The notes under the pieces: model-generated
Seen by the model: the letters and a program-made list of their open reading frames with translations, nothing else
Database searches by the model: none
Told to the model about the DNA's origin: nothing
DNA from: Raillietiella orientalis
Lineage: Eukaryota
Direction: 5' to 3'
Assembly (NCBI GenBank): GCA_036172245.1
Contig: JAYWIR010000018.1
Span: forward strand, 3,038,001 to 3,102,000
Length of the DNA: 64,000 bases
Made by a program: the position numbers and the translations under genes
Shown: positions 13,331 through 25,980 of the stretch, in pieces
How the letters are laid out: every line of letters starts with the position of its first letter
How positions within the stretch are numbered: position 1 is the stretch's first letter

Positions 13331-15469
13331 ATTTCACAATTTGGACGCATCAAATTTAAGGAAATCAAAGTTTTCCACCCATAGAATGCAGTCTTTTCTC
13401 GGCAGAGGAGGCATTAGTGCCTGGTTTGGCTCTCAGAAATTTTGCTCTTTCATTGTGTTTCGTAGAAAGAAGCATTAGAGGGGTTTAAATTTCATTTGTA
13501 AGCATTAGGAGGTTTACACTTTATTTTTTATTCAGCTCACTAATTGGTAGAACCGGGAACCTCAAGTGTGTGAAAATTCCTATTAAATGCTACTAGTCTT
13601 AAGGAAACCAAGCTCTCTCGCAATTCGGGGAGAAAATGCAATGTTCTCTTTAAAAGGAAAATAGAAAGGTAGCCCAGTCACAGATGAGAACGGGAGGAGT
13701 CGAGTAGATTAGATCTTAATAATATTAGAGAAAGCATCCAAATATATAATGAAACTGAGTCCTTCTTGGTCTCGCTCATAGTGATTCATTGAGCGCACAA
13801 TCATTACCACGCATCCATCATCGTCAACGTTGCAGTGCATACCAGAATTCACGGATTCAGTATGGGAAAGGATGCTTCGATCACCTGATGTTATTCGCCG
13901 AGAATACTGTGCTGGGAGTCTCCCAGCTCTTCGAAACAAAGAAAATCCCTCTGAAAAGTATTTTACTGTTCCATAATCATCACCTAATGCTTTCATGATG
14001 AGCTATTGATTTGCATAACCTCGCTGAGCTTCGAAGACACAAGCAGGGGCGCTTTTAGGAGTGAAGGTGTGTGTGTGTTTCCTCGAAACCTAAGCATTTC
14101 GTACGTTACGAGGGCCATAAAAATGCTTCCAGAATCTTTTCTCAGGAAGCACCAATGTCTCTCCAAGAAAGGAAAATTCAAGCATATTCATAGACTTCAG
14201 AGGGTCAGTCGCTTCAAAAATAACGATTATAAGTAAAAACGTACGCGCGCGCGCGCAAACACGGTAAAGCCGAAGTTTTGCTTGGAAAGTGAGAGACATC
14301 AAGGAGTGTGATTGACAAGAAAAGACGATCGAAAAATGGTTCATGGATGCTAAAGCAATTAGCTGCATAAAAAGTTGCCTTCTAATCTGTTTGTCAAAGC
14401 AAAGACTTTTGTTTCGCTTAGAAATTCTTATCTAAGGCATTGTGTCCATAAATTTTAACTGTCAACTTACTAGGTTATTTATAACTTTAGCTTCTATACC
14501 TTGATGATCGATTTCCCTTAGAAACTTCATAGCAGCAAGCGATATGCAAGACAAAAGCATTCCTTTTCTCGTTGGACCATCAGGAATATAGACTGGTGCT
14601 GGAACAAGAGTGCTGGAACAACACTCTCATTCCCTCCTGACACTTCCACATAATCCGAATTTTTTTTTTTAAAAAAAAAGAACTCGAACACGTACGTTAC
14701 CTTTAAGGATGATAGTTATTTTATATTTAGAAGCTACTTCCAGAAATCTCTTGCGGCATTAACCAAACCAAAGAAATATGCTGTTTTCGGTATTTGACGT
14801 CCAGGGGTCGGCCTGGTGGAGGCAGATGCATACAAATTTTTCACCATGCCAGCATGGGCATTCTGCTTTCATGTCATGTGAGCACGATCATAACAAACCT
14901 TTGGGCTGATTGATACGGGAACAGTCCTTGTAATTCGCGCCGTTGACTGCCAAAATGAGCCAGGTTCTATAAGATTCTTCCAATCTAGACAATGAAGAAA
15001 ACATGAATATTAGAGGTAAATTAGGAGACAGGAATTTTCGCTCATAATAGCTGCATCGCGAGCGCTTTACTGATTTATTATTTTTCCATTTGTCCGTTGA
15101 GTTGAAACACACTGATGTACACATCTGTGCCGATAAGTATCCACATAAAATGTACATTGTTCTGTGCAAACGATCAGTAAGAACGGGTACTGTGTAAATT
15201 TCCGATTCCGATTTGGCCTTAAACTTTGTGACTGGAGCCTAACAACGATCCTACTGAATCACACTTATAATTATATCGACCCATCAGGAAGGCATCCTAC
15301 TGCTAGTTGACCTCTAGAACAGTTTAACAAACTGAGCCGTAGAAGTTTTTTAAGAAACCGCCCAAACCTCCCTCCAAGTAAGCAATGCTTGGTAAGAAAT
15401 TGCAATGAACAGAGTGAAAACAAAAGCAGAATACAACCAACGAGCAAAAAGTTAAGTTTTATGGTTGTT

Positions 15470-15780
15470 GTTTTGTAGGGATGGCGCAAGCGCGCCGTCA
15501 TTGGTGAAGACGCATTTGTTATGCGACATGCGTGAAAAAATGTCCTGCGTGAGCAGATCTGAACTGAGAAAACATGGAAGAACAGTGGTCCGATGACATT
15601 CGAAGACATCACCAACTGAGCGCATTCCTTGTCAGCACGTACAGCCCTTGATAAACAAACCGTTCTTCAAAGATGTGTTTTCGAGTTTCCAACGATAAAC
15701 AGCGTGGGATAGCCATTTTTAATTGTTCTAGATTAAAATCCTTTCCTGCTGTCCATGAATACAGCAACGGACATAAGTGC
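15470..15780 (-). mobile_element. Decayed LINE RT core (domains 3-5)
   Basis: VAVFMDSRKGF (AVFLD..KAF, ~15768-15736), then SSNVIGPLFFHVF (GSVLGPLLF.IF), then CVFTNDG (LFADD-like), in the expected order and plausible spacing. Confidence 0.6.
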
Positions 15781-16559
15781 GCAGGTACGAAGAATAATCA
15801 GAGAGTTCTAAAGAGAATTCCAAGTCTGGTTAAGAGTCAAAAGTAGCACGAATCTGTAGCAAGTGGTCAGGCGGGGTCGATAAAGTTTCTGATTTCATTG
15901 TGGAATGAAATTGAAAGAAACCTAAGTGAACTGGTGTCGTCTTAGCATCGATACTTCTTGGATCACACTGCTGCGGCTCTGTTTCAGTTTTTGAGAAGGG
16001 AAAAAAGAAAACTCAGAAATACTATTTGGATATTACACCCTCTTGGTTCGTAGACGGAACCTCCACCAGATGTCTTTTTCCGTTCCCGAAAATCAGAATG
16101 GAGCTTCAAGAATGGAAAATTCAATCAAGTTTCATCCATCCATGATGATGTGAACAGCCGAAGACACTTGCAGATTATACTGCCAATGCAAAGGAACCAC
16201 CCAAAAAAAAGTCGCATGCAAGCCCTTCTTTAAAATACAGACTAAATCTTGAATTTTGGGGGTCTCCTCTAGAGTATCTTCAAGTGTGCATCTCTGCAGA
16301 TATATACATGTGCGAACACAGGTATATACCTGATGCTGATGGATCTACATTCATGAGTGTGCACTCAGAAACACATGTGCAGATGCACAATCGTATGTGC
16401 ATGTGTGTGTTAAACCTGCTATTCCAATCTACCCTGTTCAATTTGTCAAACATCAACTCACAGAAATGTTACATGTTCAAAGAGCCTGTTTTGAGACTTT
16501 GAACTCCACTAAAATCTGATAGAGTGTGTGGATTATAGATACATAGGATTTCCAGGTCT

Positions 16560-17440
16560 CGATGCAAAATCGCATCGGAGTTCGCATTACATGAGCCGCA
16601 AGAAGTTCATGCTTACAAGAGTGTGCTGGGACCGTTGCCACACCTTCGCAAGTTCCTCACGTCGAGGTTCATACAATAGTTCATATTGTAAGGTTCATAC
16701 AATACTGCTAGTTGAAAACTTTACCCAATATGCCTATCTTCTCTTCTTTCCCCAATGCAGCAGAAATCCCTGGAACTGCAACGACCGTTCTCTGAAACAC
16801 CACCTGATATTAAATAAGAATCCAAGGAACCCTTGTAATTCCTCAGAAAACAGGAATTTTGCAAATTCAGGCACTTTTCAGTCTACTACATGTAATTTGT
16901 CTGAGAGACAGGTGCTAATGTTTTTTAGTAATTCTTCAGGGACAATAAATTGGAATTCAACAAACGGAAATACCCTGACATCATGCTCATTTGTCACCCC
17001 AATCCAAAAGAGAACATTTGGGTTTACCGGAGAGCTTAAGTACCTTAATCTCACTTGTTTTCCTCACTCCCAGTTAGCAACCTACCGGTCTCATACAAAT
17101 GCAAAAAAAAATAAAAATAAATTCTCACATGCTTCACATATGTCCAATAAAATTGCACCATGCATGCTACTGATCCCGATAACAAAATCTCAATCTTTCT
17201 CTTGTTCAGAATTCCTCTTTTATTTATCTATTTTTCTAACTAGGAGAATCTTTTCCCGTGTCTGTGATTGTGAGGGATGCACTTTAATCAATAGGTAAAG
17301 ATGAAATGGCCCGTAATAAAAAGTAAAATGGTTACTAACAATTGTCGACTGTTACTTGGGTATTTTCCCTCCCCTCTCCAAATTCCTGATATCTTTGATT
17401 ATAGAAGCACGAATGTAGGGATCGAAGGGGAGAGTAGAAG
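16560..17440 (+). mobile_element. Penelope-like RT fossil overlapping the 256-codon ORF 16528-17298
   Basis: FGFTGELKYLNLT...TYRSHTN...FSHASHMSNKIAPCMLLI resembles the PLE thumb (FT.E..L.FLD...YRK.T...F.S.HP...K). Weaker upstream and downstream motifs fall in order. No intact catalytic YVDD. Confidence 0.4.
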
Positions 17441-17549
17441 AACAAATTTATCATAATCATTTGGGGATGGGCATGCCATTTTCTGAATGTGAGTCGGGGT
17501 ATAAACCGAAGGGGGAGACAAGGCTGGAAATTCGACGCCACAGTAGTGG

Positions 17550-17770
17550 AACCTCAAATGGACGAAGAATGGAAACAATTCCCGACACGGCAATCTATGG
17601 CAGTGTGTACCTTGAACACGCGCAAATGTGTCCCCTAGAACGCGCTTACTGTTGGAACTTCTTGCCTATCGGATTACAAAGAGAGCAGAGGAGCATGAAA
17701 AGGCCATACTGGCGGCCATCTTGGGAAATTCGTGGTTCGGTGCGAATAAGAGAAAGCAAACCTGGACACC
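17550..17770 (+). mobile_element. Decayed RTE-like thumb fragment
   Basis: LLELLAYRITKRAEEHEKAILAAILGNSW resembles LLYG.E.W......E...LR.ILG.SW. Confidence 0.33.
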
Positions 17771-18026
17771 TCCAACTCCTAAGCTTCCACTTCGTCTTTG
17801 GCTGAGAAGATGCATTGCGTCCGTTCTCTGAGTTGAGTGCTGGGCGCCACAAAGCGTGCCTCTCCTCTCCCCTTTCGATCTTCGATCCTTGATTTCCGGA
17901 GTGTTTCTGATTTTCATGACGCCTCGAGAGTTACGCCACTTTAATCTGGAAGACTTCGCCGGCTTCACACACTTCCAATCCTGTGAGATAGGTACTTTCA
18001 GCGGCCCTTGGTGTCATACTCTAAAA

Positions 18027-18485
18027 CAGGTGTGTCAAACTCATTTCAACGGCGAGCCATTTACAGCGACTGGTAAGATTCACGCGGGCCACATGACACA
18101 AGATTCACAAATTATCTTAAAATGTAAAAAATAGGGGCTTACTATAGATTTTAAAAATTCAAATACCGCAACTACTTACATTTTTTTGACATAAATTATG
18201 AAAGAAACACAACCCACAAACCTTTGGCACGCCGATCGATACAAACTAGTGCAAATGTCTTGCATTAAAATTCTTTACATCAACAAAAACTTGGATTATA
18301 CTTAACTCTGCATTTGGACGTTGTCTCCCACGGTTGACCAGTGCATCATAGCGCTTATGACACAGCAACGACGCGACGGTTACTTACTATTTCCTTGGTA
18401 ACATATTCTCTTGTTTTTTCATTTTGTTTCAGAGCATTGCAAGCCACATAAAATCACATCGAGGGCCGCCAGTTTGACACCCATG
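18027..18485. mobile_element. Non-autonomous hAT (Charlie/Buster-type) DNA transposon / MITE, 459 bp
   Basis: TIRs CAGGTGTGTCAAAC ... GTTTGACACCCATG (12/14 match). 8-bp TSD CTCTAAAA / ATCTAAAA (7/8), close to the NTCTAGAN preference of Charlie elements. Subterminal GGGCC-type motifs. Confidence 0.85.
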
Positions 18486-19023
18486 ATCTAAAAGAATAAA
18501 TCGTTTCTTCTTATTACTGGTGAGGTAACAGAAGGGATCTGCAGGACACACACGGTTCCACGATAACATTCCAATATTAAATTTGGCTGCCATTTTGGAA
18601 AGGGTATGGCGGTGACAGTGCGTAACCCGAGTTACGCATTGTTGCGACGAACCGTTGGGAGACTCGCTGCGGAAAGGAAATTGTGGAATCCATCCACGGA
18701 CGCTTCCCATCTTCGATGATCTCAATGTGGAGATAAGCCTCCTCCACATTCTAGTCTCCACACTTTATTCGTTTTCCCATATCGTTCTCTGCTTCGTGTC
18801 AATTGCCTGGAAGTTGGTTTTGGATCTTCAAGGACCTTTTAAACGTTGCTCGGCCCACAAATTCAAAGTTCATCTTTCGATCGTATTCCTTATACCGTTC
18901 GATGGTATTCTCATTCCTTATACAGCTACAAGCATTCTTCGATCAGCACTTGGATCTTCAAGTGAAGAGAAATTTCAAGGTTTGCGTACTTGGCACCGCG
19001 GAGCCAAACTCAAGCAGGCCAAC

Positions 19024-19050
19024 ATGAGCTGCAACGATCTCGAATTCATG
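19024..19050 (+). CDS. Candidate short first coding exon (MSCNDLEFM) of an unidentified gene
   Basis: Arthropod-type start context CCAAC-ATG followed 27 nt later by a consensus donor ATG|GTAAGT. No homology recognised. Confidence 0.3.
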
Positions 19051-21429
19051 GTAAGTAACCTTTAGAAAATTCGATTATTATAAGGAAAGTATAAATCATA
19101 TTTCACCCGTCTTCCTACCGTTAGAGCTTTCGTTTGTACGGGAGAGTACCTCTCCTTTCCCCCTATTTGTTTTTTGCTCATCTGCATAGCTGACTGAACA
19201 GTTTTCCGGAATCTCTTGTGCGAAATTGATTTTTGTTTCTTTTCCCCCTAATTGTAGAGAACACAGGAATCATGAGAAGTCGTAGGGTGTTTGGTCTGCA
19301 GCGGTTTGAATCGTAGGCGTAGGCTAGGGGCGTAGGGGCAGCAAGCAATTGTTGAATGTATTGCTATTGTAGCATAAGACCTCCGCCATCACAACTTAAG
19401 CGATTTGACGAGTCGTCTACATATGAACACAGTCCTAGGAAACCATCGATCCGACTGACAACTCGACCTACTTTTCATGCTGATGTCACGAAACATCAAT
19501 ACCTGCTCACTTAAGCCACTATGTCTGGTGCTGGAACGTGAAGAAGACTTCTGGCTCCATAAAAATGACTTGATTTGTGTACTTTCAAGAGCTTGTGTTT
19601 GAACTTAGCATTTTAATACGTTTGAACTCCTTTCCTATTCTTTAATGTTATTTTTCAGAGATTCCAGTTTTCCACGTGTTCAAAGCAGGTTTTCCTGTTC
19701 AGAAAAGGATCCTTTATTTGACGAAATGCAGCAAGGGTCCCTGTTAAGGGTCTTCCTGTTTACTAATGAACCTATTAATAGATCATTTTAAAAGCCATCC
19801 CGAGTCATGTTTCTCGTTACGGATTAATCATGATGCAATTAGCTTCTGCATCCGACTTCGAAGTTCTTTGCCATCAGTTTGTTTTTTGAAGCTGATTATG
19901 CTTTTACGCCGCGAAAATTCCTGCACCATTGAGCTCTTGCACTCTCACACTGTCAGCAGTCGGTCGTACCTTCTGAATGCATTGCGCAAGTTTTCAAGAA
20001 CTTGCCCCGCCAGGCTCCAGTTCCTGAAAACCTCTGAAACTTCCGAAAATTTCCCGAGCTGCTCGTCACACATCCAGGAAACCGGTGAGATAGAAGATGC
20101 GACGCGTAGACCTACTCTAACTTCACATCAATCGCTGTGCGAAAGAACTGTTGGAAACGTTTTTGTTTTTTCTTCTTTTATTAGTTTTCGGAGCAGTGAA
20201 AAGGCAATTGGAATTCTTGGGTCACCCGAGTGCTTTCATTCTGCAGGCAAAGACCAGCAAGTCAAATGAAAATGTTTTCAAATCTATTCTGAAACTTCCG
20301 CTTTGTGACACCCTGGGTTCTGAAAGTTCTTCTTACAGAGCGGCTGCAAATTTCGGGCCGGATCTTCTTCCCACCTGCAGGATACTTCCCATGGCATTGC
20401 ACTGGCACGATTCGTGAAACACCCAGAGAACGCGCAATTTGCTCATGCATAACGGAACATTCCAAAGGGAATGCTACCAGCAACTGAAGTGGTAACTTCT
20501 ACCACTTCGATTGGGTCCCTTTTCACGTGGACACACGTGCCGTTTCAGGCTGTTTGAAGCGTGAATTTCAGCTTTGTGGCTTGCGTTGATAGGAAAATGC
20601 TCAGGGAAACAACAGGGGACGCTCGAATTTTCCAACCAGATTTTGGTCACAAATGTGTTCCTCTTTGGGTTGGGGCTGTCAGGAAAGGCTTTAAGTAAGT
20701 TACACTTCTGGGATATACCTCCGATTTCCCGGTAAACGGCAGTCAGTAAGATCCAATTTATGAATGGGGGGTGAGCCACGTAAAATTGGTCCTTTACAAT
20801 CATTGCTACGTTTCTTCTGAAAGCCACACTCGAAGGACCTCAAAGCTTCAAGTTTCTGATTTTAGATCGTACTGCTGGGTGCCATGCTGATCGCGCACGT
20901 TGACGTCACGCCTCAAAGCCGGAATTGAGGACGGTTTTAGTGGCTCCCCTTTACAATGGGTATAACTTTTCAGAGAAGCCTCAACCTTATCCAGCGAGTC
21001 CCTAAAACGATTTTACAATGTTTTAAGCTTCAATACATAATTTAGAAAAAGATCTTTCAGTGCCCAATTATCGTTGGCTGATTTGGAAGAAAACCTTTCA
21101 ATAGAAAAGTTCCTTCCTGGATGATGTTTGTCAGCCGAATTTTTCATCATTTCGATGCTTTGTGGGAAAAAAAATGGTGGATTCCAAAGTCTTCCCGATT
21201 CCCAGGACTCGATGATGGCTCGTCGGCTCCAAATTCCACTGTATCGAAAGGACGCAGAATTTCAAGATAATCCCCGTTAAACAAAACTGAATTTCTTCGA
21301 CGTTTATTTTTATTAAATTGGAAGACGGGCAGACCGCTCCGGCTTAAGAGGAAGTGTGCAAACTCGCGCGCTTAATGGACGAACAAATCACTCACGTCAC
21401 GGCCTGCCTTCAGCTCGCAGCGAGAGGCA

Positions 21430-22600
21430 GGAGCTCTCGGTTTAGAAAGACTACCGCTGCTGGCCTCGTTTGCCATTTATCAACTCGGAAGAGGAGTCCC
21501 AGAATTTTTAACTGCGCCTCCCGAATGGCAGATGCTCTAGGGTTTGATAGAAGGATGAACATAAAAGGCATCCCCAGTGGCCGAAAGGGAAAGACAGATA
21601 AAGAGTCGAAACAGGATTCTTCGAGATTTGCGCGTAAGTTTTCGAGCTGAGATTCCGTAATGGCATGCCCTAATGGGGGAGGTGACCTCACGGAGGGATA
21701 TCTAGGTGAGAAGTTTATCGCGTATGCAGCCGATGATATAGGGAAGGAGGACTCTGATGACAAAGTGGAAAGATAAGGACTGCAGTGACTCCCCGCTGTC
21801 GGAAGGCTGCAGGCACGAAGGTTGGATCCTGACGGCAGAAAGCGACCGTGGAGCATGGAGGTCGCCAGAAAAAGGCGCTCCCGAGGCAGAATGGGTGGAT
21901 GAAGAATCTTGGATGCCTGGAAAGCGAGAGGGTGAGATTGCCTTCTTGTTCACAGCAAAGCTTAGCGTCGCTAATTTCGCTTACAAGGAGGATCCAAGCA
22001 GGCGACCGATCAGCAATTCTCCGCCTTCCCGTCCGGGGCAGACGTGAAGAGGTGGAACGGCTGCAAGTGAGGTGTCGCTCCTGGGGAGGAATAAGGGAGT
22101 GATAATGGGAAGCTACGAGAGAGACAGCGGCTACGAACGTTCTCGTTTACCACCCCGAGAGTTATCCAGCCACTAAGGGGCACAAAACAGACGACGTCTT
22201 CTTGCTCCAGGAGCGGATGCTCCATCGAGAAGGCAGAGCGCAGAACATGAGCATCTCCACAACGGCGACAATGACGGCGCAGACAGTTGGGGTCCACAGT
22301 GAAGCCGACTAAGAACGCGGGCAAAAAGGAGAATCTGGCAAATCTGACATCCGCAAGTCTTCGGAAGGAGATGGACTGGGGACACAGCGTGGGAGGACGG
22401 GGAAGCCCTGCATCGTGAGGCGGACTGTGCCGAAGACGAGCACGCGCAGGAGCACTGAGGCGGTCGCTCATGACTCGGCGAATGGGAGGTGGCAGCCCGG
22501 GCGGAACTCGTGAAGGCAGAGGAGCAGATGGCACACGCCCCCAGACTCGCTCAGAAGAAAACCTCCTCTTGGACAGGACTCTCCATCGCACGCGCGGAAG
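21430..22600 (+). mobile_element. Decayed RTE-like LINE RT and C-terminus at the AT/GC transition
   Basis: Collinear: SRFRKTT (GFRK), PFINSEE (FID.EK), KGIPSG, NGMP*WG (GVPQG), IAYAADDI (YADD), RKEMDWGHSVG (KW.WAGHVAR), TRPQTR (GRP..RW). Confidence 0.5.
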
Positions 22601-23024
22601 GAAAGCGAACTTGAGACCTCTGAGCGTTCCCGTTCTTGCAGATGAAGCGTGCAGGTGTGGCCAATGTCGCGGTGAGGAAGTGGGAAAAAAGGGATGTGGA
22701 TGGATGGTGAGAGGTATCCGGAAACCATTTCTGTCCCGTCTCTCTGTAATCGACCCATTTCCCCTCCCAGGATACGCTTGCTGCTACTACTTCCTTTCTT
22801 CCTGAGCAGGGAGCCCTCCGCGCGTTTCCTTTAGCTGGCATGCGGCAGCAGCCCTCCGTCGAAGACCTCGCGTGACCTCCATCCTCCTCAAGGAGGCCTC
22901 AGAACGCGACCGGTGCAAATGGGCCGCAGTCATCGTCGGCTGTTCCCGGCTTCAAGGAAGGAAAACAAATTTGTGCCTAGTTTCTGGGAAGGAATTTGTT
23001 TTTTGGGTCTTTCCGTACTACGAG

Positions 23025-23340
23025 AATGACAATGACTGCAATGGTGATGACACAGAAGCCAAAGACTGCGGAGAGGCTACGAAAGTGACGAGAGCGATGA
23101 CGACCATGAACGACAGAGGCGAAAGCGATGATGATGACGATGATGAGTGCCATGGGAATCATCACCATGGCGACAGCAATGGCAACGATTGGTGACGGCG
23201 ATGGCAACGGCAATGACTGCGGCAATGGTGATGATACCGATGGCGTTCTTAGCGACCGCAACCACGAGGATTGGGAAGGCGGTGGTGACGGCAACGAACT
23301 GAAATGACGGTGGTGGCAATCATTAAAACGACAGCGACGA
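23025..23340 (+). repeat. Degenerate (GAT/GAC/GGC/AAT)n trinucleotide tract
   Basis: Period-3 low-complexity sequence, e.g. gatgatgatgacgatgatgag, ggcgatggcaacggcaatgac. Confidence 0.75.
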
Positions 23341-25604
23341 GGTCCCCTCCATCGGAGAGAGGGGAGGGCTTGAAAAGTCATGGGCCCCGTCCGCTTAGGA
23401 GGCTGACCGCAGCCGGGAGACGCGGCGTGAGAGGAATGCGCGCGCATCGCTCCGTTTATGCAAAGCGGCCGCGTTTATCTCGGCGGAAAGGCCGCGTCTG
23501 CCACGCTCTCGGCATTGCGTTCGCTCTTCGCGCCGTCGCCCGCTCTTTGTCCTTCCTTTGTTTTCGCGATCGGGAAGCAAAAAATGTTAATCGGACCTTT
23601 CCAGAGGGCCGTTTCCACGTAAACACGAAAATGTGAATTTGCATGTCTAAGAAACAACGAACACGGCACCAGAGAAAGGAAAAAGCCGAAGAGAAAGAGA
23701 GAGAGAAGCCGTTCCCATAGAAATCGAGCAGTGGAGCGAAAGCGAAGGCTATTGCACCTCTCACCCCCTCCCTCCAGGTCTCAGGATACCTCCTGTCCGA
23801 AGGCAGGCAGCGACGCTCCCTGCTTAGAGCGCGGATTCTCGGATTCGCAGAACCGCCGTGAGGGGACCAAGTGGCATCTCAGCCTGGAATGCATGACGTC
23901 GCGAAGGGAGCTGAGCTGATGATTCAGGCGCGGGAATCATCGCGAGTGGTCCACTGGCAACCCTAAGCCGATCTTCCGCCACGGTCGGTCCCTGTGCTTG
24001 CGGTTCTGTTGCAAACAAATTCCCGCGTTAGACTGTTTGTTGTCCACCTTCCGTGCCTTGCAGTGGGGAACTCGAGACTACCGGTCGGATCGTTTAACGT
24101 GCAGAGATGCTAATTGCTTTGCTCTTCTCCTAACGAAACAATGCATCTCCATTTTCTCTTGCTCTATCTACATTCCCCTGAAATGTCTTATGCAGGTGAA
24201 TTCGTGGAGTTGCCATGATACTGAGGTGGCTGCTGGTCGATATTGCTGCACATCGATGCGTTCTGGATGCTTATCGATCAAGTCATATCTCGTTTCTTTG
24301 TTTGAGAAGGGTAATGGCGAACGGATATTCCAAAGTGTGGGCAAAGCGGGACCGTCTTTTCGCCACTGAGAATCCCTCCGTGGTTCCGATGCAGCTACTG
24401 CTGTGGACGCTGATCAGGGTCACCTAGTCCTCCTTGTCCGTGCATTTCCGAAGATTGCTGCTCCCCATAGATGGCGGAAGCTGCAACTGCCATTCCCGTT
24501 TCAGGCCTGCTACTAGTAACTACAGCGATGATGGATCAAGCGTGCGCGCGCGGGAGTCTGTTTGTGAAAGATGAAATGAGGACAGCAGCATTTCCTCATC
24601 ACTGGAAAGTCGCATCCCTGGTTGTCTGCTTGGGCTCTTTTCCTCTCGCGAATAGAGCATGACTTCTAGGATGACTTTTGTTGCATATTCAGGATTCGAC
24701 ACTCTGAGGTTTCAAGTCGGAAAGGTCGAGGGACTTTGGATCTCACTTTGCCTGCCGTTAGAACGTTTGCAGGGCAAGTGGAATGGTGTGGAGTAGGACG
24801 ACAGCTCAGCTTTGTGGATGTGACAACGGATTGATTCAGAAGGCATAGGAGCCGGTCTTATCTTTGAGCCCTTGAGAGGACAATTATGCCACTGAATTCG
24901 CCTAGATTAGGTTAGGTTGGGTCACCATCGTTGTCTCTGTCTCCATCATGGTCGTCAGATGAGGTCACCTCACTGATGAAGCGCGTCACTCGGGACGGGT
25001 CAGGTGCGTTGCAATGGCGGAGAGCTACCTCCACGAAAGCCTCAGGGAGATCCCAAGAAGTGAGTGCGAGCTAAGAGGCAGCCTTTTTTCCTTTTTGGAG
25101 AGGGAGACCTCTCCGTAGAGGGGGCAGGGTCGGGAATCAGCATATCCGACTACGCGCAGAAAGAGCGAGGGAGGTTTCAGGAAGCGGGTGAATGGGAATT
25201 CTGCGGTCGGTCGAGAAGGAACACGGGGAATTCTCTCGCCGTTCTTCCAAGCGCCTCTTCGTGTCCGCTTTCGCGGACTCGCTTGCTATGGTCCGTCGGA
25301 GCTCTTCCTTGTTTCCTGCTTAGCTCTGCGCATTCCGGCACAACGTCCTCGCGCCACCGGAGGGGAACTGAGGGCTTCGCTTCCCCTGTCGTTCCGCGAG
25401 TCCCGGTATGGATGTCGCTGCTGACTCGATGAATCTTCGGCTCCAACCGGAAGCACCCCGTGGACATTGGCACCGCAGTCCGGGATTCCAGTGGCCGCCC
25501 GCGACGCCTATTTTTCTAGACCTAGGGGAAAACGAGTAGCCCTTCCTTGCCCAGCGGTCAGGACCCGAGGAAAAGAGGCACATGCGGAGTCCCCACCGAC
25601 TGCG

Positions 25605-25980
25605 GTGACATCATCGCCACAGTAGCCATCCCCGTCGTCCAGTCTTTGTGTTCACTGTTACTATCGCTGTCGCCATTGTTGTCATCGCCATCCTGATCGT
25701 AATGGCAAACGTCATTGCGTCATCGTGATCTGTCGGCGTCACCGTAATCGCGCTTCCTTGATGGCTGCCGTCGTCCTTTTCATGCTCACCGTCTCCATCG
25801 TCATGACAGCTACCGTGATCATCATCGGTGTCATCACAGTCACCAACGTGTCTTCACCGCTGTGGCTTTCTTCGGCAACATCGTGATTGCCGAATCTCTA
25901 TCACGTCATCGTGACCGCTATCGCTGTGACTACCATTGGCAGCACAACAGCTCCATCGTCACCTTCATCCTCATCACTGA
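25605..25980 (-). repeat. Degenerate (ATC/GTC/GCC)n trinucleotide tract, opposite orientation to 23025-23340
   Basis: Period-3 low-complexity sequence, e.g. gtcatcgccatc, atcatcatcggtgtcatcac. Confidence 0.75.
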
